64,000 nt of DNA from Abditibacteriaceae bacterium (GTDB lineage Bacteria > Armatimonadota > Abditibacteriia > Abditibacteriales > Abditibacteriaceae): NCBI GenBank assembly GCA_031425655.1, contig JANPJS010000066.1, forward strand, positions 1 through 64,000, given 5' to 3'. The translations under genes were made by a program, and so were the position numbers. Numbering within the stretch: position 1 is the stretch's first letter; the number at the start of each line of letters is the position of its first letter. A model generated the notes under the pieces. That model saw nothing but the letters and a program-made list of their open reading frames with translations. It did not search any database and was not told the DNA's origin. This document shows, piece after piece, positions 29,500-38,834 of the stretch.

Positions 29500-30447
29500 A
29501 TGGCACGCTCTTCTCGCGCGCGGCAATCGCGCCCGCTTACTCTTTTCTGGCTGCTTGTTCTTATTGGTTTTGGCATTTTTAAAGGCTGCCAGAAACAAGC
29601 CGAGCAAAAACCGCCCACGCCTCAGCCGCGCGCAACACGCGCGCCGTCCGGCAAACAGCCCAAACGCGCGCCTAAAAGCCGTCCATCGAACGGCCAGCCT
29701 TTGACTGCGCTACCCGCCGACGCTGACAACAGCAACGTGCTGTTGGGAATGCCGTCGCCCGCCCGCAAAAACCCCGACGATTTTCTGGTCGAGCGCCCGC
29801 AATTCGCCTTGTCTTACAACAAAGATTTGGGCGGCCCGAACTGGGTGAGCTGGCATATTGACGCCTCAACGTTGGGCGACACGCAGCGCGGCGATTTTCG
29901 TCCCGACTCGCTTTTGCCGCCCGACTGGCAGATTCGCCCCAGCGATTACCGGGGCAGCGGCTATGATCGCGGCCACGTTTGTCCCAGCGGCGACCGCACC
30001 GCGACCGAAGAAGACAATGACGCCACTTTCGTGATGTCGAATATGCTGCCGCAGACCGCCGCGCTCAATCAGCACGTTTGGAAAACGCTTGAAGATTACA
30101 GCCGCGAATTAGTCAGCCAAAACAATGAGCTTTACATCGTGGCGGGCGGCGACGGCTCGAAAGAGCGCATTGGACGCGGCAAAATCAACGTGCCGAAGCA
30201 ATACTGGAAAATCGCTGTAGTTTTGCCCGAAGGCGACAACGATTTGTCGCGCATTGACGCGAACACGCGCGTCATCGCCGTCTTGATGCCGAACGACGAA
30301 AGCCCGCAAATCGCCAACGCCGATTGGAGTGAATACACCACAAGCGTCGCACAAATCGAAAAAGTGACGGGCTACGATTTCTTCCCGAATTTGCCGAGCA
30401 ATGTGCGGCGAAAATTGGAAGCGAAAGTAGATAAGCAGCGCGGGTAA
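29500..30447 (+). CDS. nucA: DNA/RNA non-specific endonuclease (NucA-like)
   Basis: PNWVSW, YRGSGYDRGH, TFVMSNMLPQ, IEKVTGYDFF. Confidence 0.9.
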   Translation: MARSSRARQSRPLTLFWLLVLIGFGIFKGCQKQAEQKPPTPQPRATRAPSGKQPKRAPKSRPSNGQPLTALPADADNSNVLLGMPSPARKNPDDFLVERPQFALSYNKDLGGPNWVSWHIDASTLGDTQRGDFRPDSLLPPDWQIRPSDYRGSGYDRGHVCPSGDRTATEEDNDATFVMSNMLPQTAALNQHVWKTLEDYSRELVSQNNELYIVAGGDGSKERIGRGKINVPKQYWKIAVVLPEGDNDLSRIDANTRVIAVLMPNDESPQIANADWSEYTTSVAQIEKVTGYDFFPNLPSNVRRKLEAKVDKQRG

Positions 30448-30460
30448 AGCGAATCCACAT

Positions 30461-30596
30461 TGCGACTGCTGGCGGAACCCTCCCCTAACCCCTCCCGTTG
30501 GAGGGGAATTTACGCTTTTTGAGTTTAAAATTGGATTGAGAACGCGTGTTCCCCTCCGACGGGAGGGGTTAGGGGAGGGTTCCGCCAGCAGTCGCA
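30461..30596. repeat. Long palindromic element
   Basis: tgcgactgctggcggaaccctcccctaacccctccc ... gggaggggttaggggagggttccgccagcagtcgca. Confidence 0.85.
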
Positions 30597-30608
30597 CTTC
30601 GTTTGGTC

Positions 30609-31106
30609 CTACGTTTCCACAACCTTCGTCGCCACGCCTGCGAAGCCGCCTTCGACTTTTCCAGCCACAAAAACGTCTATTTTAATTTCGCCGGCGCGAT
30701 AAACCGTAATGTCGCTGAGATTATCTTTCAGCGTCTGCGCCAACTCCCCGAACTTGCGCGCTTCGGCTTTTTCGTCGTCGTTCATCCAATCTTCCTCGGT
30801 GGCGACCGGTTTGAAAAACTCATCGAGCGTTCGCGTCTCGATTTTGGTTTTGTCCGGCAGTTTTGCTAATTGGGCCACGAGTTCGGGCGTTAGCGTTTTG
30901 GCTTCGCTGGGCCAGAAAAACGGTGTCAAAGGCGCGTCGGTTTCGCTGATATAAAGCAAGCCTTTGGCGGCGGCTTCGAGCTTGGCTACAATCGCGTCGC
31001 CGGATTTGGTCGCGCTTTCGGGCATGGCTTCGGGCTTTTTTTCGTTGGATTTCGCTTCGGATTTCGCGGCGGGCTTCGCTTCCGGTTTTTCTTCGGATTT
31101 TGTCAT
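30609..31106 (-). CDS. nuiA: Nuclease A inhibitor family protein
   Basis: GLLYISETDAP, LDEFF, VYRAG, C-terminal TKVVET; next to nucA. Confidence 0.85.
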   Translation of the reverse strand: MTKSEEKPEAKPAAKSEAKSNEKKPEAMPESATKSGDAIVAKLEAAAKGLLYISETDAPLTPFFWPSEAKTLTPELVAQLAKLPDKTKIETRTLDEFFKPVATEEDWMNDDEKAEARKFGELAQTLKDNLSDITVYRAGEIKIDVFVAGKVEGGFAGVATKVVET

Positions 31107-31115
31107 GCCACAAGT

Positions 31116-31910
31116 TTAGCCGCGTTTTTCGATGCGATGCGCCGCCAGTTGATGCTTTGGCGTGAAAACACGTTGATAAATCAACAGCGCGATGAGAACG
31201 CAGCCGAAAGTCGCCGACGCCGTGACCATGAACATCACCACGATTTGATATTTCACGGCTTGCAGCGGGTCGGCGCCGGCTAAAATCTGGCCGGTCATCA
31301 TGCCGGGAAGCGATACCACGCCGACCACGTTCATGGTGTTGATTTGCGGAATCATGCCGCGCCGCACCGCCTCGGCCAATGGCCCGCGCGCCGCTTCCCA
31401 GCTTGTCGCGCCCAATGCCAAGTCGTTTTCGATTTCGCCGCGCCGCTCGGAAAAAGTGTCCAGCAAATAATCGAGGCTCAGCGAAACGCCGGTCAGCGCG
31501 TTGCCTAAAATCATGCCCAGCAGCGGGATGACGTATTGCGCGCGATGCCACGGATGCACGCCGATAATCGCGCCCGTCACGATAAATGTCGTGATTAAAC
31601 TGCTCAAACCCAGCGCGGCAAACGAGCGCCACAGCGTTCCGGGAAAGAAGCGATGCGCACGCGCCGCTGCGGTTTGCGCCGCGATAGCGATCATAAAAGT
31701 CATCACCAACAGCAACAGCGGCGCGCTGTTAATGGCGAAAACCCACTTTAAAATCGAGCCGATCAACAGCAGTTGCACGACGGTGCGAAGCGTGCCGATG
31801 AGCAGCGATTTTTCCAGCCCCAGCCGCAGCGCCACACTCAACACGCCACACGCCAGCATCAACCCAGATGCGATGGTTAGTTGCCAGAAATTCAGCGGAA
31901 GCGTCGTCAT
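31116..31910 (-). CDS. fetB: ABC transporter permease, UPF0014/FetB family
   Basis: RTVVQL, IPLLGMILGN, VSLPGMMTGQILAG, YQIVVMF. Confidence 0.88.
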   Translation of the reverse strand: MTTLPLNFWQLTIASGLMLACGVLSVALRLGLEKSLLIGTLRTVVQLLLIGSILKWVFAINSAPLLLLVMTFMIAIAAQTAAARAHRFFPGTLWRSFAALGLSSLITTFIVTGAIIGVHPWHRAQYVIPLLGMILGNALTGVSLSLDYLLDTFSERRGEIENDLALGATSWEAARGPLAEAVRRGMIPQINTMNVVGVVSLPGMMTGQILAGADPLQAVKYQIVVMFMVTASATFGCVLIALLIYQRVFTPKHQLAAHRIEKRG

Positions 31911-31936
31911 GGTTTAGAGTGCTTAAAAGAGATTTG

Positions 31937-32053
31937 AACCACTGATGGACACCGATGGACACGGATGACAAGCGAGTTGGGCCTTGCGCTGCCAAACGCA
32001 CAAGGCGAAATCAACAAATCGAAATCCGTGTCCATCGGTGTTCATCAGTGGTT
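31937..32053. repeat. Palindromic element with (gatggacac)n arms, copy 2
   Basis: Same arm family as 4695-4837, different spacer. Confidence 0.8.
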
Positions 32054-32073
32054 TATTTCTTTAGAAGCCGGCT

Positions 32074-32712
32074 TCAGGAACGCCACTGCGTCACGTCAAT
32101 TTCGCGGTCGGCCCAGCGCGCGGCTTGCGCGGCGTCGTGCGTGACAATGAGGGCCGCTAAGCCGGAGCGCGTTTCGTCGCGGATGACGGCTTCCATCGCT
32201 TCAACCGAAGCGGCGTCTAAGGCGCTGGATGGCTCGTCGAGCAACAGCACGCGCGGCGACAAAAGCAAAGCGCGCAGCAGCGCCAATCGTTGCTGCTGGC
32301 CTTGTGACAAACGCCGCGCCGCGAAATTGAACGCGATTTCGCCCAATCCCAAACGCGCCATGAGTTCGCGGGCACGCTCAACGGAAAACTCGGCTTCGTT
32401 GGCGCGATAAGCGAAAGGCCGGCGCAGATTAGCTTCGATGCTTGACTCGAAAAGCACGGCGCGCTGCTCGACCCAAATCACACGGCGGCGAAATTCGGGA
32501 TAGCCCCAATCGCCGGGCGTGCGGCCTTCGAGCAGCACTTGGCCGTCGCAATCATCCAACGCGCACAAAGCACGCAGCAGCGTGGTTTTGCCCAAGCCCG
32601 ACGGCCCGCGCAGCGCGATTAATTCGCCCGATTGCAACGAAAAGCTCACGTCGCGCAGCAAAATGCGCGTTCCGGCGGCGATGGTGAGATTACGCGCTTT
32701 AAAAAGCGTCAT
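32074..32712 (-). CDS. ABC transporter ATP-binding protein (FetA-like)
   Basis: GPSGLGKT, LSQGQQQR, LLLDEP, VTH. Confidence 0.9.
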   Translation of the reverse strand: MTLFKARNLTIAAGTRILLRDVSFSLQSGELIALRGPSGLGKTTLLRALCALDDCDGQVLLEGRTPGDWGYPEFRRRVIWVEQRAVLFESSIEANLRRPFAYRANEAEFSVERARELMARLGLGEIAFNFAARRLSQGQQQRLALLRALLLSPRVLLLDEPSSALDAASVEAMEAVIRDETRSGLAALIVTHDAAQAARWADREIDVTQWRS

Positions 32713-32796
32713 GCGAGGCATTTTAACAGTCGCGCGGGGCTTTTCCGCATCCAAAACTTTCAATTCGGCTGTTAAACTGCCTGCTGAGGTGATTCG

Positions 32797-33348
32797 ATGA
32801 GCACCCTTACGCATTTGATGACCGCCGAAGAATTGCTGCTGCTTCCCGGCGATGGGTTCCGCTACGAACTCGTGTAAGGAGAATTGAGGCAAACGCCGTT
32901 TCGCGGCGCGGAACACGGCGCAACAGGGATAAAATGTTCGTGGAGATTTGCTGAATTCGTCGAAACACAACGTTTAGGTGTAGTTTTCGCCGCCGAGACC
33001 GGATTTAAAATCTCCACCAATCCCGATACGGTTCGCGCGCCGGATTTGGCTTTTGTGTCCACCGCACGCATTCCGGCGGACGGCCTGCCGCGCGGCTATT
33101 TTCCCGGCGCGCCGGATTTAGCGGTCGAAGTGGTTTCACCGGGCGATACGGTTTACGAAGTCGAAGGAAAAACCGAGGAATGGCTGGCGGCGGGCGCGCA
33201 ACTGGTGTGGATCGTCAATCCGCGCAAGCGCACCGTCGAAGTGCATCGCAGCGACCGCGAAGAGCAAACGCTGCGCGAAAACGATGTTTTAGACGGCGAA
33301 GATGTCGTGCCCAGCTTTACGCTGCGCGTGGCCGAAATATTTCTTTAA
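32797..33348 (+). pseudogene. Uma2 family endonuclease with in-frame stop
   Basis: MTAEELL...RYELV*GEL with TAA at 32875-32877; RAPDLAFV, PDLAVEVVSP. Confidence 0.8.
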
Positions 33349-33362
33349 TTGAGCGAGGTTTC

Positions 33363-33998
33363 ATGGCGACGCACGTTCCTTTCACCGACAATTACGAAGA
33401 CCTTTCGACGGATCGCGGCTTTCAATTTAAGTTCAACTGCGAACGCTGCGGCAACGGCCATATGTCGTCGTTTCAAGCCAACGCAGCGGGCATGGCCGGC
33501 GACGCCTTGCAAGCAGCGGGCAACATCTTTGGCGGGCTTTTAGGCCGCGCGGCGAATGCTTTCGATATTCAGCGCATGGTCGGCGGCCCGGCGCACGATA
33601 GCGCCCTGCGCCACGCCGTTGGGGAGATTTCGCCGCTCTTCGTGCAATGCAAACGCTGCGGCCAATGGGTCTGCCGCGAAGTCTGCTGGAACGATTCGCG
33701 CGGCCAGTGTGTGAACTGCGCGCCGCACATGGACGAAGAAATCAAAGCCATCGAAAGCGAAGCCACGATTCAGTCCATCCGCGAAAAAGCCATGAGCGCC
33801 GGTTTGGGCGCTCGTGTCAACGTGCAAAGCGCCGCCGCGCCGATACAGTGCCCATCGTGCGGCGCCGAAGTCGAGCTTGGCCAGAAGTTTTGCGGCGAAT
33901 GCGGCACGAACGTGCTGGCCAAGCCCCAATGCAAAGCGTGCGGCGCCGAAAACGAGCGCGGCATGAAATTTTGCGGCGAATGCGGCACGAAGTTGTAA
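33363..33998 (+). CDS. Double zinc-ribbon protein
   Basis: Multiple CxxC pairs, two KFCGECG. Confidence 0.85.
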   Translation: MATHVPFTDNYEDLSTDRGFQFKFNCERCGNGHMSSFQANAAGMAGDALQAAGNIFGGLLGRAANAFDIQRMVGGPAHDSALRHAVGEISPLFVQCKRCGQWVCREVCWNDSRGQCVNCAPHMDEEIKAIESEATIQSIREKAMSAGLGARVNVQSAAAPIQCPSCGAEVELGQKFCGECGTNVLAKPQCKACGAENERGMKFCGECGTKL

Positions 33999-34074
33999 AA
34001 GCCGCGAAGCGCGCAAAAGCCACAAAAAGTTAGCTTTTTGTGCCTTTTGTGCTTTTAAAACGCGACTTGGAAAT

Positions 34075-34170
34075 TGGTGCGAAGCTCGTAGCGGTCGTTG
34101 CGTAAGTCACCGGTGCCGCTGCCGGTTCGGGCCGCCGGATCGCCGTTCTAAGAGACAGGCATTTGGTGAC
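34075..34170. ncRNA. Possible structured RNA upstream of tRNA-Lys
   Basis: GC-rich non-coding tract with gtcacc/ggtgac and tgcc/ggca pairings; family not recognised. Confidence 0.3.
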
Positions 34171-34221
34171 GTTGTAATCTTTCAGACAATTCGCGTCAAG
34201 GGTTTACGGAATTTTTCTGGT

Positions 34222-34250
34222 TTGACTCTACGCCCTGAAACGACTATAAT
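34222..34250 (+). promoter_or_regulatory. Sigma70 promoter of tRNA-Lys
   Basis: TTGACT-17-TATAAT. Confidence 0.8.
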
Positions 34251-34264
34251 GTTTCGGGTTGTCT

Positions 34265-34337
34265 GGGTCGTTAGCTCAGTTGGTAGAGCAGGGGACTCTT
34301 AATCCCAAGGTCGCAGGTTCGACCCCTGCACGACCCA
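34265..34337 (+). tRNA. tRNA-Lys(CTT), CCA not encoded
   Basis: Cloverleaf GGGTCGT...ACGACCC-A; anticodon loop CT-CTT-AA; T loop TTCGACC. Confidence 0.95.
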
Positions 34338-34339
34338 TT
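34294..34339 (+). repeat. attL core
   Basis: gactcttaatcccaaggtcgcaggttcgacccctgcacgacccatt, identical to 54264-54309. Confidence 0.95.
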
Positions 34340-34419
34340 GTAAATTTGCGTTTCGCCTTATGTAGCAAGGTTTTTCGGGCTTCTACTCTACTCTCTGCCG
34401 TCTCCAAAAGGACACGGTT

Positions 34420-35442
34420 ATGCTCTTAACAGCAGGAGACTACCCAAGAACTGCAACAGCAGGAGACTCGTCTTCCAAACGTGGAAACAAGTCAAGCGAA
34501 GTTCGTCTCAGCGTCTCTGAACTCAAGGATTACCTTGAAGATTGGAACCTTGAAAGCCAACTTCGCCAACACACTCCGCAAAGCATTCTCTCGCGCAAAG
34601 ACCGCATCGGGAAATTTTTTTGGTTCTTGGAACACAAGAATTTTCAGAGTGTGGGCGTTGCTGAACTGCGCGCGTTTTTCCTTTATTGTGCCGAAGGCCA
34701 TTTGGAACAGGGTGGTCGGTGGGGCAACCCTACCCTTACAACTCCGATGCGCCCCATATCGGTGCAAGGCTATCATCGCATCATCAAGGCTTTCTTCAAT
34801 TATCTGGTTAATGAAGAAATCCTTGAGTCCAGTCCACTCAAGCGGATAAAACCGCCAGCGGCCAGAGCCGAAATCAAAAATCCGGTTTCTGATGAACACG
34901 TCGCAAAAATCTTGAAAGCGTGTCGTCAGTCCGTTTATTCGCGCCGTGACACAGCGATAGTGTTATTGCTGTTAGACACTGGTTTGAGAGCTTCAGAATT
35001 GTGCGGGTTGAAAATGTGTGATTGGGATGCACCGAGCCATTCTTTAAGAGTGTTGGGGAAAGGCAACAAATACCGCACCGCCTTCTTAGGATTGGCTGCC
35101 ACTAAAGCGATAAGCAGTTACCTTCGCAACAAATCTCGTCCATCAGACTGTCCGATTTTCCTATCCCAAAAGCAGGTTCCACTCTCAGCATCCGGCCTTT
35201 ACCAAATGATGGAAAGGCTTTCTCTAAAGGCAGGTGTGCCGAATCCCGGCGTTCATGCCCTGCGTCGCACCTTTGCCGTGAATATGCTCAAGGCAGGAGC
35301 CAATGTCTTTACCGTGCAAATGCTCATGGGGCATTCAACTCTGGATATGACCCGCCGCTACTGCAAAGTCGCTGAAGCCGATTGCGAAGAACAACACCGA
35401 AAATTCTCGCCTGCGGACAGAATTGGAACGCGCGGAAAATAG
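34420..35442 (+). CDS. Tyrosine recombinase/integrase
   Basis: DTGLRASE, GKGNKYR, HALRRTFA, MGHSTLDMTRRY. Confidence 0.95.
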   Translation: MLLTAGDYPRTATAGDSSSKRGNKSSEVRLSVSELKDYLEDWNLESQLRQHTPQSILSRKDRIGKFFWFLEHKNFQSVGVAELRAFFLYCAEGHLEQGGRWGNPTLTTPMRPISVQGYHRIIKAFFNYLVNEEILESSPLKRIKPPAARAEIKNPVSDEHVAKILKACRQSVYSRRDTAIVLLLLDTGLRASELCGLKMCDWDAPSHSLRVLGKGNKYRTAFLGLAATKAISSYLRNKSRPSDCPIFLSQKQVPLSASGLYQMMERLSLKAGVPNPGVHALRRTFAVNMLKAGANVFTVQMLMGHSTLDMTRRYCKVAEADCEEQHRKFSPADRIGTRGK

Positions 35443-35685
35443 GGCGGGATGGGAAACATGAAAAGGGTGTCACGTTCAAGTGATGCCCTTTTTGCTTTAC
35501 CCTTGAGAATTGGCTTGTCCTAAACTACCGTGTTACTTTATGGCCTTGCAGAAACAGACGTAAACTGAGCTTATGGGCTATCATAACCCCATCCCCGTTT
35601 AAAAACTCCAAGCGGAAGATTTCTAAGTCTCAAAACGGTGACACAGCGCAAGAGAAACTGCGGGAAACGCCGCCGGAGCATTAAC

Positions 35686-35868
35686 ATGAAACGATTTCAA
35701 TCTTGGCTTCCAGTTGGTCTTGTTTTGATGTTGGCCGTCACGGTTCAAGCCAGTTTTGTCTACAAAGACAAAGCCCAAATGATTGAAACGGCGGATGCTA
35801 TCGCCGTTGTTGAAATCACTGGCGTTCAAAAGCAAATACTGGACAAATCAACAAAAGGCGTCAGCTAA
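35686..35868 (+). pseudogene. Truncated secreted protein (N-terminal fragment)
   Basis: GGAG RBS, signal peptide, ADAIAVVEI; ends at the IS relic. Confidence 0.4.
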
Positions 35869-35869
35869 A

Positions 35870-36174
35870 GTTGACAAAGTGGTCATGGGCTATTGAAGCC
35901 GACGAAACTTTCAATGGTGGCAAGGCTCGGAATATGCATGACCATAAGCGTCACGTTCTGCTCCGCAGTGTTCACCAATGGCCTTGAAAACTCTTGGTGC
36001 CATTCAAATGGCACCGCCAAAGCGCTTACATTAGCGTCGAATCGTTCCACCTGTTCCGCTATTAAAATGAGCAGGCTTTCCGCTTTCAAGAGCGCAAAGG
36101 AAACGACGCTCAACGCTTTGAGAAAGTGCTAAAATCCGTGGTAGAACGCCGGTTGACTTACAGAGTTAATCGGC
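35870..36174 (+). pseudogene. IS1595-family transposase relic (internally deleted, frameshifted)
   Basis: IEADETFNGGKARNMH, TNGLENSW and YISVESFHLFRY*NEQAFRF...RRLTY across frames. Confidence 0.8.
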
Positions 36175-36228
36175 TGTCTTTCGGAATAAGAAAGCTGAAC
36201 GCGGGCCTAAAAAGGGAGGTGAGAGAAA

Positions 36229-37413
36229 ATGCCAACAGAGCGGACTGCATTATTCAATAGAGCGCGTATTTTGTGGTGCTGCCAGCAAAATAAACTTACA
36301 GTAAAGAATCTTGCTGATGACTTGGGCTATTCTCCCACCGCTCTAAACACTGCAATCAATAACGAAGGTGCTTTGACCATAGGTCAGCTACAAAAGATAG
36401 CCGATTATTTTCACCGTCCCCTATTGTTCTTTTTTGAACAGGGGCCAATTAATGAGGCACAGGCGGACTCCCCGCAATTTCGCACAATCAGTAGCCAAAA
36501 ACCTGAACTGGCCCGCAAAATAAAAATTCTTGTGAAACGGGCCGAGGAGCAGCGACAGGTATTCATAGAACTCCTTGAAGGCGAGGAGGACTATACCAAC
36601 ACCAATTGGCAGACGAATCGGATTCAAAAGGCTCCGCAAGAAACGGTTAAAGCATTTGCGGTTAGAGTGCGAGAATGGTTAGGAATTGAAGATAAAGAAG
36701 ATAAATTCAGGGGGAAAAAGGATTTTGAGTATTACCGAATCGCCCTTGAGAAAATTGGAATGCTTGTTTTTGTCACAAATGGTTATGCCGGTAAATGGCA
36801 GATTGAGAAAGACAGTCCCATTAGAGGATTTTCTTTGTATTTTGATTTTTACCCCGTCATTGTTGTCAAAAAACAAGACAGCCCTGCTGCTCAATGCTTT
36901 ACATTGATGCATGAATTGGCACATCTTTTATTGCATCGGATAAGTTCCATTGATGAGGAAAGTGACCTTCATAATCATCAGGGTGCGGAGAGAGAGTCCA
37001 ATGAATTTGCTGGTAATTTGTTAGTGCCAGATTATTTGCTGAATGGAATCAGTTTGACTCACTTCCCTTTCTCTGAGGTGAACCAATACGATAATTACTT
37101 GAAGAGTTACCGCGATGCATGGGGGGTGAGCGGCGATGTTATCGTTCGTCGTTTATACGATGAGGGTTATTTGGGGCAGGATATTTATAGGCAGTATCTG
37201 GCATATAAAACCAGCATCCCGCAACCAGCACCTTCGGGCGGAGGCCGTTATCGCTACGGGGAACCTTTAAAAATGTTCGGCAGACTCTTTGTGGGCGTGG
37301 TGTTGGATGCACTTCATGACGAACAAATAACAATCAATAAGGCGAGTAAGTATCTGGACAATTTGCAGATTACCGACTTACGCCAATTGGAGCGAAGAAT
37401 TGCACACTTTTGA
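36229..37413 (+). CDS. XRE HTH + ImmA/IrrE metallopeptidase
   Basis: N-terminal HTH; RGFS, FTLMHELAH, ERESNEFAGNLLVP. Confidence 0.92.
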   Translation: MPTERTALFNRARILWCCQQNKLTVKNLADDLGYSPTALNTAINNEGALTIGQLQKIADYFHRPLLFFFEQGPINEAQADSPQFRTISSQKPELARKIKILVKRAEEQRQVFIELLEGEEDYTNTNWQTNRIQKAPQETVKAFAVRVREWLGIEDKEDKFRGKKDFEYYRIALEKIGMLVFVTNGYAGKWQIEKDSPIRGFSLYFDFYPVIVVKKQDSPAAQCFTLMHELAHLLLHRISSIDEESDLHNHQGAERESNEFAGNLLVPDYLLNGISLTHFPFSEVNQYDNYLKSYRDAWGVSGDVIVRRLYDEGYLGQDIYRQYLAYKTSIPQPAPSGGGRYRYGEPLKMFGRLFVGVVLDALHDEQITINKASKYLDNLQITDLRQLERRIAHF

Positions 37414-37945
37414 TGCGTCTTCAATGATTTATGCATGGGAGAATTATCCTATCAAAGTATTTCCATTCCTTTGGGAGTGGATAGCCGAGCGCATCAATTC
37501 GGGTGACTTCACGATGCCTGAACCTGCTTATGATGAGTGCCGCACTAACGCGCCTGATTGCTATAAATGGTTAAAGGGGTGGAAATTGCAGCGCCATCAA
37601 ACTAACACTAAAATTATTAGTCATTCTTTTGCAATTAGAGCGTTATTAGAGATTGATATTAACGGGTATCATAGCGATGGAGTGGGTGAAAATGATATTT
37701 TTATAATTTCTACAGCTAAGGAATTGACTCTTACATTGGTAGCTAATGAAGCAATTCAATCTATCCCACCAAGAAATATGTCACGGTATAAAATTCCTGC
37801 CGTGTGCAACATGGCAAAGGTAGGAGTTAAGTGCATCTCTTTTTTAGATTTACTCAATACTTTGCAACCTGACTTAACTAAATACATAAAGGTGTCAACA
37901 GGTGAGATAAATCTTGAGCCTAAAGGGACAGAGGAGTCAGAGTGA
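37400..37945 (+). CDS. DUF4411 family (PIN-like) protein
   Basis: FDASSMI, YPIKVFPFLW, NDIFIISTA, KIPAVC; overlaps the ImmA gene end. Confidence 0.85.
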   Translation: MHTFDASSMIYAWENYPIKVFPFLWEWIAERINSGDFTMPEPAYDECRTNAPDCYKWLKGWKLQRHQTNTKIISHSFAIRALLEIDINGYHSDGVGENDIFIISTAKELTLTLVANEAIQSIPPRNMSRYKIPAVCNMAKVGVKCISFLDLLNTLQPDLTKYIKVSTGEINLEPKGTEESE

Positions 37946-38120
37946 AAATTCAATCGCAATCAAGCAACACGCAGTCAATCCTTTTACCGACTCTAAACAG
38001 GCCGTCGCAAAAGTGCTGTCGGTCTCGAAAATAGAATCGGATGAGCAAACGCGCCGTTTCCAAGAGTCGAACCCGAAAAGCGCGGATAACAAACCAAAGA
38101 AACGCAAAAATGCCGCGTGA
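37914..38120 (+). CDS. Small basic ORF or relic, possibly IS1595-associated
   Basis: NPF...AVAKVLSVSK.E pattern; start uncertain. Confidence 0.3.
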   Translation: MSLKGQRSQSENSIAIKQHAVNPFTDSKQAVAKVLSVSKIESDEQTRRFQESNPKSADNKPKKRKNAA

Positions 38121-38138
38121 TAATCACGCGGCATTTTT
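38106..38138. terminator. Bidirectional terminator directly 3' of the tRNA-like RNA
   Basis: aaaaatgccgcgtga-taa-tcacgcggcattttt. Confidence 0.85.
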
Positions 38139-38139
38139 A

Positions 38140-38253
38140 TACTCTCGGCGGGACTCGAACCCGCACGCCTTGCGGCTACGGCTTGTGTGAGAGAGCATTC
38201 AAAGTAGGCACTCTCACACAAGCCGCTGCGTCTGCCAATTTCGCCACGAGAGC
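38140..38253 (-). ncRNA. tRNA-Leu-like RNA with extended (49-nt) anticodon arm
   Basis: Acceptor GCTCTCG/CGAGAGT-A; D arm GCG-AAATTGGCAGA-CGC; variable arm GCC-GCAA-GGC; T arm GCGGG-TTCGAGT-CCCGC; 16-bp anticodon stem. Confidence 0.9.
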
Positions 38254-38834
38254 ATTGCGCTAAGTATAGCGGTTTAACAACCGCCTACACAGATTCGATT
38301 GGGCGATTCAAGTGTATTCTCCACACTTCTGTCTTCTCGTGCCTTATGCACCCTGTTACTCCGAGCGCAAGCAGCCGAACGACCAAGTTATTCACTACCG
38401 GCACTACCTTGAACAAATACATTTCATTCGCTTCTTTTCTGACACTTAAAAAGCACCCAACCGAATATACCGCCAGCAACACACGCAAGCAGCACCCGAA
38501 CCCAAAGTTCGGTGAACTCACCACGAATACCCATTAGAAAGGCAAACAAGTGAATGCCGATTGTGACCTTAATGACTTTGTGCTTGGATATTCTGTCCAT
38601 TTTCGTCCGTATTGAGTTCTGACTGTCGCACACAACCAATCATGAATGTCGATTTAGGTTGAACTTCATGTCAAATTTCATCGCACCTTTACTGCTGAAT
38701 CCAAACGCCTGAGATTGAGAAAACGATGGAATTGCCATGCTTATGAGAAGCCCTTCAAACAGGGATGATTCAGAGCGCCCATCTGTGAGCTTGCAATGTT
38801 CACGGTAAAAGCGTCGCGCGCCCGACGTGTTGCT

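Noticed and set aside
38178..38226. Group I or BHB-type intron in tRNA-Leu
   Set aside because: Only 32 extra nt, no catalytic core or bulge-helix-bulge, and excision cannot restore a Leu anticodon.
38285..38639. Small membrane ORFs upstream of the tRNA-like RNA
   Set aside because: Short, overlapping frames with no recognisable family; cannot be supported.
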